Assembly: GCA_051362555.1 (NCBI GenBank)
Contig: CM120646.1
Location: 17,670,001 to 17,734,000 of the forward strand
Source: Lingula anatina
Lineage: Eukaryota > Animalia > Brachiopoda
Direction of reading: 5' to 3'
DNA: 64,000 nucleotides
In this document: in pieces, positions 37,547 through 48,689 of the stretch
Layout: every line of letters starts with the position of its first letter
How positions within the stretch are numbered: the first letter of the stretch is position 1
The notes under the pieces: generated by a model
What the model was told of the DNA's origin: nothing
Databases searched by the model: none
What the model saw: the letters and a program-made list of their open reading frames with translations, nothing else
Translations under genes and position numbers: made by a program

Positions 37547-38771
37547 AATATTTCTGAAATTGGTAATGCCATTTTAGTACAATAGTTTTCTCTGTTCCCC
37601 TACAAATCTTATTTATGGTCTATTCTTTGTAAAAGAACATGCATAAATAAGATTGAAAACACATCTATGAAGATTACTGTAAATGGTATAACGCACCTTT
37701 CTGTATTTAGCTTTTTTTCTCTTCTAGCAAAACCCAGTTTTCTAGCATAAGTATAAATTCCTTCAGTTACTGGTGGGTATCTTTGAGGATTTAGCAAAAT
37801 ATGAATATCCAAAACACAATAACAACGGCAACAAAATCCTTGGAAAACGTTGTTTGACAAACTGATAATTTAAATAATTTCAGACTATTAGCCCCGCCGT
37901 AGTAGACACCGTAATGGCGAGAAAGTGGGTGGAAGCGGAATTTGGGAAGGAGAAAATGGAGCAGTTGTTCAGACGGAGACAGGTACTGTGTATTGCTGTT
38001 TCAAAATGTGTCCTAACCGAAATTCTGTCGTATTTGAAGCTGCCTGTCTCCTATGTACAAGACAAAAGAAACGTATTGCTTTAAAGGATCGAAGTTTTAA
38101 TGATTGACCGAAATTGAAACCCCAGTGGTACAATGAAATAGACAACTGTAGTTTTTGTGCGGGATTTTGCAAATCTACAAAGTGTTTGACTGGAGTGCGG
38201 TATTTTATTACAGTGTCTTCTTCCCGAAGAAGTAGCTGACAATTTGATCTACATCCTGTCTGCCCCGCCGTCTGTGAACGTAAGTTCTTTTGTGAAATGT
38301 CACAATGCCACACCAGATTGCATACGTTATCTTATTGTCCCAAATTTGCTTGTTGATAAATCGATTCAAAATTGAGAAATATTATACACAGTTCATGTCA
38401 GATGTCTGGCGAAAGATTTTTAGAATAAAGTCACTCGTACAATTATTGCTGGTGTTTCCCTCGTCAAATGTTCCTATTTGACTAGAAGTAATATGTATTC
38501 TATTCGTATGAAAATGCCCGTGTCCAGACATGTTTTTTTTTTCTATTCGGACATTTAAAGCGATTAAAACCTTCAAATTAAGGTGCTGTATATCGATATT
38601 ACCAATGAAATGTAAAGAGGATGAATGGTGATCAAAATGAGTCATGATACATTTGGAACTAAATTATTTATCTGGAAATAAATAAAACATTGAATTCAAG
38701 TTCTGATACCTTTGTTTTTCACCTTTCAGATCAGAGACATCTGTATGAGCGGGGTGTTGGACCCACTCTGA
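35883..38771 (+). CDS. DHRS11: DHRS11-like short-chain dehydrogenase/reductase, copy A, 256 aa; exons 35883-36014, 36446-36649, 36995-37089, 37348-37480, 37884-37982, 38214-38279, 38730-38771
   Basis: All introns are GT-AG and the 771 nt join in frame. Motifs: MERWSGRVALVTGASTGIG (TGxxxGxG), GCARR, CDL, NNAA, SMKERKVDDGHII, YSTTK (YxxxK), LTEGLR, ISP. These closely resemble DHRS11-family proteins. Confidence 0.92.
36130..36286. mobile_element. Degenerate Harbinger-like MITE in the intron after coding exon 1 of gene A
   Basis: Imperfect arms (GGTCGCAC..GCTAGT / ACTAGC..GTGCGACC), GAATGGGCCC end, and CTGATTGCATTCAGCGAGAGTCCCC shared with the 28378/29503 family. Confidence 0.55.
36354..36385. 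repeat. (CA)n microsatellite
   Basis: Direct reading. Confidence 0.95.
37509..37544. repeat. (CT)n microsatellite
   Basis: Direct reading. Confidence 0.95.
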
Positions 38772-41392
38772 AAAGTTTCTATATCCATCAAGAAGTCAAC
38801 TTTAGCTGGCATAGTGCAAGATCTGAGCATACACTAGTATAGTATTAGAAATATACATATTTCTCTCTACCAGAGGGCAGATGAGTGACCAATGACGTCA
38901 TTTCTGTGCAAAAATTCTCGCCGGATAGTAATGTGCTCGTAATAACCAGAGAAATATCTGGGAGTATATGGTAAAAAAAAGTATCTGTGACCCTGGTGGA
39001 TCTGGAGCTGGTAAGAACAGTGCATATATATATACGTATTTGTCAACTTGACAACTTAGTACATCTTATTATACCTCCAGTGTAAACGTTTGCATAATTT
39101 TACGGAGAATGTGGAAGTCGATTATTTTTGTGTTGGCTATATTTTTGGTGACAGCAAAATTTTCAGAGCAATTTGTATTTTTATATATTTCATTTTTACA
39201 AACTAATAAATGCTTTTGCTTTTCATTGTTTTTGTCGAGTTCAGTTCATATTTTCAACACATTTCACTTCAGTTCATCAATTTGTCTTTCCGACTAGAAT
39301 GACATTTTGTGTGGAAATTTGGTTGTTAGAACAATTGTGGTGTTGTATTGTTTTATTGTCGATATGTGCTAGCACAGAATGTATTGAAGCTTAAAAAATA
39401 ATTTCTTTAGAATGTTATCAATGCACTGGCACACGGTTAAAAATAATGGGTAGTACGTTTAGTTTATGTTCAGGGGCGCAACTTTGCGGAAGGGAAAGTA
39501 TACAAACCCTTGAGGATTGGTTCCTGAGAAAATAAATACAACTAGTAAAACTTAAACCTGTTAAACGTTGGTTCTTACACACCATTTAGTTAATATGGAA
39601 ATCATTTCCATGTGCATGATGACACACGCCAGGTCCATTAACAGGGGGATGTTGGTGGGGAGGGTTGAACGTACATTTGTTCCGCTCTGAATCAATAATG
39701 TTCCATTATTTCTATATATATCTATGGCATAAAAAGGTTCACTTTTATATAATAAAGGACTCCTCTCCCTTTTAAATTGCTGGCTACAGGGACTTCTTTC
39801 AACCTTTTGTATTTTTATTGCAGTACCTTTTTTGGGGGGAGGGGGGGAGGGGCACCCGGGGAGGGGTCACCCTGTAACATAACTCGCTCAAATCAAAGGG
39901 TCAAACATATTCCAAAAGAAGGGGAAGGGTGAAGCAAAATCCGTAGATGATACAAAAGGAAGGGAACGCCGGGAACACTTTTTACAGATCGGGCATCGGG
40001 AGAGGCCGTTTAGTTTATTGAGTTCGAACCTTTTTTTCTCAAGGATAATGAGATTATAAGTTCGTTAAGAATTTCTGCACGCATACAAACGGAAAAGAAA
40101 TGAGTAAATCTGTTTTTGGATCTCTTTTTCAGATTAAACGCCTTTATGTAACAGCTGTTCAGCATCCATGTTAATGTTCCTACAGAGGTTTGCAAGCAGT
40201 GCTGTATAATAGGCCTAAATATTGCTAAATTTAATTTCAAGAATTGCATTTTTCCTAGAATACGCAATATATGTTGCCATTTCATCTCATCTTCAAAAAT
40301 CTGAGTGTGTTGAATAGTTATTTTGAAACATGCATATTATGATAATAAATTTAATGACTTTTTGTTACTGACCATTGGTAGCTATAGTCATCGATGGAAA
40401 CGAAACTTAAACCACGTCAGAGGGCAATCTCAGAAACAAAAACCACGTCAGAGGGCAATCTCAGAAACAATTTTATTTTACAAGGTGAAAATGCCCTTCC
40501 ACACATGCACCTACACCTTAAGTACCTACTAACTTAATAAGTGTAGCTAGAGGACTATCCATCATCTCAAAATGAAAGTTGTTGAACTGCTTTTTACTCT
40601 TGTAAACGACGTGGGATACCGTGGCCTCTCGAATTTATCTGATAAAATCGCTATTCTATTCTATGGGCAATCATCTTTCCTAAGGTTCCTGCTGAAGAAA
40701 AGAAACCCATACTGTGTCGCAGTCACCCCAGAGCGTTTTGTCCAGACCATTCTCTCCACTTTCATGCATACCTAGATGGATCAGCTGTGCAGGAACTTTT
40801 TCCAATATGCAGTTGCGTAAAGGTCGTAGAGAGCTGCAATCTATAATCTATTAGTATAAGATCCATTTGTCTTTACATGTAACGAATTATTTCCAGCAAA
40901 GGTGAGATCATCTTAAGGCTTACGGACTATAAAAGCACGGAATACGCAATTTCTGAAAAATAAAACACATTAAGTTGTAGGGCCCTAAATAAATCCATGG
41001 AGGAAATCCATAACTGCATTTGGTTTGATTGCGATGGTTGAGTCGAAATAAAAGCTGAACGATTGCTTTGAGCACCCTCATAAAACTTGATTATTTGTGA
41101 TTAAAAAATGCAAAACCATTCATTTTTTGTTCTCACTAAAATATTAATTGACTTAATATGTCTTTAAATTAATTATTTATTGGTTGATTAATTTATCTTT
41201 TAACTCTGCTTTTCAGCTGTAACTTATAACAGAGAACGATTAAGTTCGAGAAAAACAAAAATGTGGTGCCATGTAAATTGTTAACGTCTTCACAATACTT
41301 TCTTCTCCCCTTCAAAGACTTCAAACAAACGAGTTTTATAACATTGTGCTTTTTGGTTGGTTAAGTCTGTAGACCTATTAATACAGACGCTT

Positions 41393-44300
41393 TACACATA
41401 ACGTCGCAGCAACGTTACTTTGAACGTGGTTGCCACGTACAATTGCAAGCGGTATGAACGTGGAATACACGTTTCAGCTCCACGTTACCTATAACGTGGC
41501 AGCAACGTAACTTTGAACGTGGATCCCACGTACAATTGTTAGCGGTATGAATGTGGAATACACGTTTCAGCTCCATGTTACCTAGAACATGGCAGCAACG
41601 TAACTTTGAACGTGGATCCCACGTAGAATTGCAAGCGGTATGAACGTGGAATACACAGCACACGAACGAAACGCAGTGCCTCGATATGAAACCAGACAAC
41701 TTTTGTGTTTTTAATCTCCAAATACGAAAAAAAATCAATTAAGCTAATAAATAGGCTAACGTTAAGAACGTATTATATCGTTTGTTTTATATTAATTATT
41801 ATTTAAGATCATAATAATGAACAAGTCGCATTTCGATGTACTCCATGCTATAACCTTTATATAAAAATAGCAATTTTTACGAGATTACAAATTGTATCGC
41901 ATTGTTTGGTTCCATTGCCTCGCTTTCAAAAATTAGAACAGGCGCTCCAAAATCGTAAAACGAAGTTAAAAATTTTATATTGGCCGAGTTCCCCCACTGT
42001 TAAGAATATCCTCGCAGCATTATCTGCAGTTAACCTTCCTACGATTTTCAATGTATTTTGCAATGTAATTTACAATCCTCAAGGTGAAGAATTTTATTAA
42101 TCAAGAGTAGGGGAGGTGTGAAAATCCCCATTGGGGCCACATATAACACTATAAATACAATGGGAATCCCCTTAAAATGAAGGTAAAATAAATGTTTTTC
42201 TAAGGAATTCCGACGGATTTACTTTTTACAACATAAAATCAATAGAACATTTCTAATATAAATTTTCAAAAAGACACCAGAGAGGTAATGAAATAAAATC
42301 AACCAGACGGTCTTTGTCAATTTCACCAACTTGTTTATTTCAAACAGCGCACTTTTCGCACATGCGCAGTTGTTTGAAGCCTGTGCTGGAATACACGTTT
42401 CTGCTCCATGTTACCTATAACGTGGCAGCAACGTAACTTTCAACATGGATCCCAGGTAAACATGTAAAAGGTATGAACGTGGAATACACGTTTCAGCTCC
42501 ACGTTACACATAACGTGGGAGCATCGTTGTTATAAAAGTGGTTTTTACGTAAACTTGTAAAAGGTATGAACATGGAGTACACGTTTCAGCTCCACGTTAC
42601 CTATAACGTGGCTGCAACGTAACTTTGAACGTGGTTGCCATGAACAATTGCAAGCGGTATGAACGTGGAATACACGTTTCAGCTCCACGTTACCTATAAC
42701 GTGGCAGCAACGTAATTTTGAACGTGGTTGCCACGTACAATTGCAAGCGGTATGAACGTGGAATACATGTTTCAGCTCCACGTTACCTATAACGTGGCAG
42801 CAACGTAACTTTGAACGTGGATCCCACGTACAATTGTTCGCGGTATGAACGTGGAATACACGTTTCAGCTCCATGTTACCTATAACGTGGCAGCAACGTA
42901 ACCTTCAACGTGGATCCCACGTAAACTTGTAAGAGGTATGAACGTGGAATACACGTTTCAGCTCCACGTTACACATAACGTGGGAGCAACGTTACTATAA
43001 ACGTGGTTTCCACGTAAACTTGTAAGAGGTATGAACGTGGAATACACGTTTCAGCTCCATGTTACCTATAACGTGGCAGCAACGTGACTTACAACGTGGA
43101 TCCCACGTAAACATGTAAGAGGTATGAACGTGGAATACACGTTTCAGCTCCACGTTACACATAACGTGGGAGCAACGTTACTATAAACGTGGTTTACACG
43201 TAAATTTGTAAGCGGTATGAACTTGGAATACAAGTTTCAGCTCCATGTAACCTATAACGTGACAGCAACCTAACCTTCAACGTGGATCCCACGTAAACTT
43301 GTAAGAGGTACGAACGTGGAATACACGTGTCAGCTCCACGTTACACATAACGTGGGAGCAACGTTACTATAAACGTGGTATCCACGTAAACTTGTAAAAG
43401 GTATGAACGTGGAATACACGTTTCAGCTCCATGTTACCTATAACGTGGCAGCAACGTAACTTTGAACGTGGTTGCCACGTACAATTGTAAGAGGTATGAA
43501 CGTGGAATACACGTTTCAGCTCCACGTTACATGTAACATGGCAGCAACGTTACTATAAACGTGGTTTCCACGAAAATTTTTAACCATTTTTTAACGTAGG
43601 ATAAACGTTGCACCCCCACGTTACCTATATTTTTTACAAGATTACGTGGTTCCCATGGCAACATTTCAGCAACATAACTTTGAACGTGGTTTCCACGTAC
43701 ACTTGTAAGAGGTATTAACGTGGACTACCTGTTTCAGCTCCATGTTACCTATAACGTGGCAGCAACGTAGCTTTGAACGTGGATCCCACGTAAACTTGTA
43801 AGAGGTATGAACGTGGAATACAAGTTTCAGCTCCACGTTACCTATAACGTGGCAGCAACGTGACTTACAACGTGGATCCCACGTAAACTTGTAAGAGGTA
43901 TGAACGTGGAATACACGTTTCAGCTCCACGTTACACATAACGTGGGAGCAACGTTACTATAAACGTGGTTTACACGTAAATTTGTAAGCGGTATGAACTT
44001 GGAATACAAGTTTCAGCTCCATGTAACCTATAACGTGACAGCAACCTAACCTTCAACGTGGATCCCACGTAAACTTGTAAGAGGTATGAACGTGGAATAC
44101 ACGTTTCAGCTCCACGTTACACATAACGTGGGAGCAACGTTACTATAAACGTGGTATCCACGTAAACTTGTAAGAGGTATGAACGTGGAATACACGTTTC
44201 AGCTCCATGTTACCTATAACGTGGCAGCAACGTAACTTTGAACGTGGTTGCCACGTACAATTGTAAGAGGTATGAACGTGGAATACACGTTTCAGCTCCA

Positions 44301-46270
44301 TGTTACCTATAACGTGGCAGCAACGTGACTTACAACGTGGATCCCACGTAAACTTGTAAGAGGTATGAACGTGGAATACACGTTTCAGCTCCACGTTACA
44401 CATAACGTGGGAGCAACGTTACTATAAACGTGGTTTCCACGTAAACTTGTAAGAGGTATGAACGTGGAATACACGTTTCAGCTCCATGTTACCTATAACG
44501 TGGCAGCAACGTGACTTACAACGTGGATCCCACGTAAACTTGTAAGAGGTATGAACGTGGAATACACGTTTCAGCTCCACGTTACACATAACGTGGGAGC
44601 AACGTTACTATAAACGTGGTTTACACGTAAATTTGTAAGCGGTATGAACTTGGAATACAAGTTTCAGCTCCATGTAACCTATAACGTGACAGCAACCTAA
44701 CCTTCAACGTGGATCCCACGTAAACTTGTAAGAGGTACGAACGTGGAATACACGTTTCAGCTCCACGTTACACATAACGTGGGAGCAACGTTACTATAAA
44801 CGTGGTATCCACGTAAACTTGTAAAAGGTATGAACGTGGAATACACGTTTCAGCTCCATGTTACCTATAACGTGGCAGCAACGTTACTATAAACGTGGTT
44901 TCCACGAAAATTTTTAACCATTTTTTAACGTAGGATAAACGTTGCACCCCCACGTTACCTATATTTTTTACAAGATTACGTGGTTCCCATGGCAACATTT
45001 CAGCAACATAACTTTAAACGTGGTTTCCACGTACACTTGTAAGAGGTATTAACGTGGACTACCTGTTTCAGCTCCATGTTACCTATAACGTGGCAGCAAC
45101 GTAGCTTTGAACGTGGATCCCACGTAAACTTGTAAGAGGTATGAACGTGGAATACAAGTTTCAGCTCCACGTTACCTATAACGTGGCAGCAACGTGACTT
45201 ACAACGTGGATCCCACGTAAACGTGTAAGAGGTATGAACGTGGAATACACGTTTCAGCTCCATGTTACCTATAACGTGGCAGCAACGTAACTTTGAACAT
45301 GGTTGCCACGTACAATTGTAAGAGGTATGAACGTGGAATACACGTTTCAGCTCCATGTTACCTATAACGTGGCAGCAACGTGACTTACAACGTGGATCCC
45401 ACGTAAACTTGTAAGAGGTATGAACGTGGAATACACGTTTCAGCTCCATGTTACCTATAACGTGGCAGCAACGTGACTTACAACGTGGATCCCACGTACA
45501 ATTGTTCGCGGTATGAACGTGGAATACACGTTTCAGCTCCACGTTACCTATAACGTGGCAGCAACGTAGCTTTGAACGTGGATCCCACGTAAACTTGTAA
45601 GAGGTATGAACGTGGAATACAAGTTTCAGCTCCACGTTACCTATAACGTGGCAGCAACGTGACTTACAACGTGGATCCCACGTAAACGTGTAAGAGGTAT
45701 GAACGTGGAATACACGTTTCAGCTCCACGTTACACATAACGTGGGAGCAACGTTACTTTGAACGTGGTATCCACGTAAACTTGTAAGAGGTATGAACGTG
45801 GAATACACGTTTCAGCTCCATGTTACCTATAACGTGGCAGCAACGTAACTTTGAACGTGGTTGCCACGTACAATTGTAAGAGGTATGAACGTGGAATACA
45901 CGTTTCAGCTCCATGTTACCTATAACGTGGCAGCAACGTGACTTACAACGTGGATCCCACGTAAACTTGTAAGAGGTATGAACGTGGAATACACGTTTCA
46001 GCTCCACGTTACACATAACGTGGGAGCAACGTTACTATAAACGTGGTTTCCACGTAAACTTGTAAGAGGTATGAACGTGGAATACACGTTTCAGCTCCAT
46101 GTTACCTATAACGTGGCAGCAACGTGACTTACAACGTGGATCCCACGTACAATTGTTCGCGGTATGAACGTGGAATACACGTTTCAGCTCCACGTTACAC
46201 ATAACGTGGGAGCAACGTTACTATAAACGTGGTTTACACGTAAATTTGTAAGAGGTATGAACGTGGAATA
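41393..46270. repeat. 93-bp satellite array (~44 monomers), interrupted by 41657-42387
   Basis: Monomer GAACGTGGAATACACGTTTCAGCTCCACGTTACCTATAACGTGGCAGCAACGTAACTTTGAACGTGGTTGCCACGTACAATTGCAAGCGGTAT; starts at 42661 and 42754 give the 93-bp period; matches the 31-aa periodicity in the ORF track. Confidence 0.95.
41657..42387. mobile_element. ~731-bp non-autonomous element inserted into a satellite monomer
   Basis: GGAATACAC duplicated at 41648-41656 and 42388-42396; short inverted ends (C)AGCACA...TGTGCT(G); satellite phase resumes after the insert; AT-rich non-coding interior. Confidence 0.7.
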
Positions 46271-46346
46271 TCCAAAACACAATAACAACGGCAACAAAAT
46301 CCTTGGAAAACGTTGTTTGACAAACTGATAATTTAAATAATTTCAG

Positions 46347-48689
46347 ACTATTAGCCCCGCCGTAGTAGACACCGTAATGGCGAGAAAGTGGGTGGAAGCG
46401 GAATTTGGGAAGGAGAAAATGGAGCAGTTGTTCAGACGGAGACAGGTACTGTGTATTTCTGTTTCAAAATGTGTCCTGACCGAAATTCTGTTGTATTTGA
46501 AGCTGCCTGTCTCCTATGTAGAAGACAAAAGAAACGTATTGCTTTAAAGGATCGAAGTTTTAATGATTGACCGAAATTGAAACCCCAGTGGTACAATGAA
46601 ATAGACAACTGTAGTTTTTGTGCGGGATTCTACAAAGTGTTTGACTGGAGTGCGGTATTTTATTACAGTGTCTTCTTCCCGAAGAAGTACCTGACAATTT
46701 GATCTACATCCTGTCTGCCCCGCCGTCTGTGAACGTAAGTTCTTTTATGAAATGTCACAATGCCACACCAGGTTGCATACAAAATATTATACATAGTTTA
46801 TGTCAGATGTCTGGCGAAAGATTTTTAGAATAAAGTCACTCGTACAATTATTGCTGGTGTTTCCCTCGTCAAATGTTCCTTTTTGACTAGAAGTAATATG
46901 TATTCTATTCGTATGAAAATGCCCGTGCCCAGACATATTTTTTTTCCTATTCGGACATTTAAGGGGTCAAGGATATTAAAAATACGTCTTAAACTCGATT
47001 TTTAGTTTTTTATACGTTAGAAATAATCAATATTGTATCTAATACTCAATTAAGTTATATTTTTGCAACACGGACTAAAAATATACATTTGGACGAGTTT
47101 TTCTACCTGTCCGTGGCAGCCTTTAGGCTCGGCCTCCGTTGTCAAGCACCGTTACTATGGGGGGCGGGGCAAGAATGGTTGTCTAACTTGTCTTAAGCTG
47201 TTACGCGTGCACTGGCAGCTCATAAGTCTTACGTCAGCTAAACTGAGATTATACTGTTTCCATTTTTTTACATTTTTTTACATTTTTTTAACAATATATT
47301 AATTTTTTTTCCCTTAGCGTCTCAATCACGTCACGTCAAGATCACACTTGAGCTGCTGAGAATTCGTACAACGTCTGGGGTTGTCAGAAAAAAATCGTTA
47401 GGCAATCATTTTATTTACAATAAAGATCGTAACAGCAAGCAAGTTTATAAATAATATTGCCACCCAAAACATTTTCAAACTCGCCTATCGTGGCTGATAC
47501 GTATCCACATTCGGCCGTTTCTCAGGGTAATTCTTTCTTTGCTTTCTCCATTTTCGCGTCTTGGTGTGTAGAGCGGCGTCCACGCACGACGGGTGGCATT
47601 GTCCTCTGCTTGCACCTCAAGTAATTTTCTTTTTGTTTGTTAGCGCTTCCTTAGACACTTCCTAGACAGTGCACAGACTCCTACTGCGTCAGGCACAATT
47701 ATGATTAATTACGTCAGTGAAACGAGAGTAGGAAGGCCTACTCAGCTGTCAATCATTTCTCAGGGAAGAGCGGCTTTCGTGGTGCGAATAAGTTTGCGTA
47801 CAAAAGTAAGATTTTCTGGCATCTAGATAGAAACAAACAACCCAATTTTAACACGTAATGGTGTATAAACCTTCCCGATCAATAAGATGATAACAGGTAA
47901 GGTGGAGGTGCAATTAGTTTGCTAAATTAGCCCAATTACCTGAGCCAAATGGTTTATGAGCGATTTCTCAGCTTTGAAGATTGATAACATAGTCTAAACT
48001 TCAATCCCCATATCTCATTCTTTTCCTGGCAGATTGACATGAAATTTGATGTGTCTGTGTTTCAGTATAATATCTAGTCGACTGCGTCTTGGGTTCTTGA
48101 TTGACTTTTTATTTTTGAAGTTATTAATACTGAAAGTGGATGGTCCATATATATTTCGTAAAATTCACGTTTTATCAAAATAAAATCAAACGTAAAAATA
48201 ATAAGAGAAAATCTTGACAGAGTTTACTGGTTTTTGTGCTAACCTTTAGATAGCTATTTCAATCGTATTTATAGGGCTTTTTGTTTAAGAGAAAATCTTG
48301 ATTAAAAAAATGACAATTTTAGCCCCAAAACGCTGATATTACGTCACTCGTGTTACACTGTGACTACAAACTTTGGAAAATTGTTTTGCTTGCTAGACCA
48401 TATCCTTTAGTTAATAGGAAATTTAATTAGCTGCATTAGTTTTGGACTTTTTCGTTGATATCCTAGACCCCTTAAAGCGATTAAAACCTTCAAATTAAGG
48501 TGCCGTATGTCGATATTACCTTCTGAAATGTAAAGAGGATGAATGGTGATCAAAATGAGTCATGATACATTTGGAACTAAATTATTTATCTGGAAATAAA
48601 TAAAACATTGAATTCAAGTTCTGATACCTTTGTTTTTCACCTTTCAGATCAGAGACATCTGTATGAGCGGGGTGTTGGACCCACTCTGA
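46347..48689 (+). pseudogene. DHRS11: 5'-truncated DHRS11-like copy B: only coding exons 5-7 (46347-46445, 46669-46734, 48648-48689)
   Basis: Exons 5 and 7 are identical to gene A; exon 6 has GCT>CCT (Ala>Pro). Homology starts at 46266 within intron 4, directly after the satellite. Confidence 0.85.
46963..48471. mobile_element. Non-autonomous Kolobok-like DNA transposon, 1509 bp
   Basis: TTAA at 46959-46962 and 48472-48475; TIR GGGGTCAAGGATAT / ATATCCTAGACCCC; gene A has the empty site GGACATTTAAAGCG. A TTAA TSD with purine-purine termini fits Kolobok rather than piggyBac (CC termini). Confidence 0.82.

Noticed and set aside
37925-38107. 60-aa ORF repeated at 46388-46570
   Set aside because: An out-of-frame read of DHRS11 exon 5 into the intron; it recurs only because of the duplication.
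40410-40471. 31-bp tandem duplication (also an 18-bp duplication at ~61848-61883)
   Set aside because: Ordinary slippage duplications in non-coding sequence with no evident consequence.
42545-46016. Cys/His-rich repetitive ORFs up to 245 aa, resembling zinc-finger or metal-binding proteins
   Set aside because: They result from the 93-bp (31-codon) satellite period; frequent monomer variants introduce stops, and there is no gene structure.
41393-46270. CRISPR-like array
   Set aside because: There are no unique spacers and no cas genes; the whole monomer repeats, in a eukaryotic context.
46963-48471. piggyBac assignment for the TTAA-flanked element
   Set aside because: Termini are GGGG...CCCC, not the CC...GG of piggyBac; no transposase is present.
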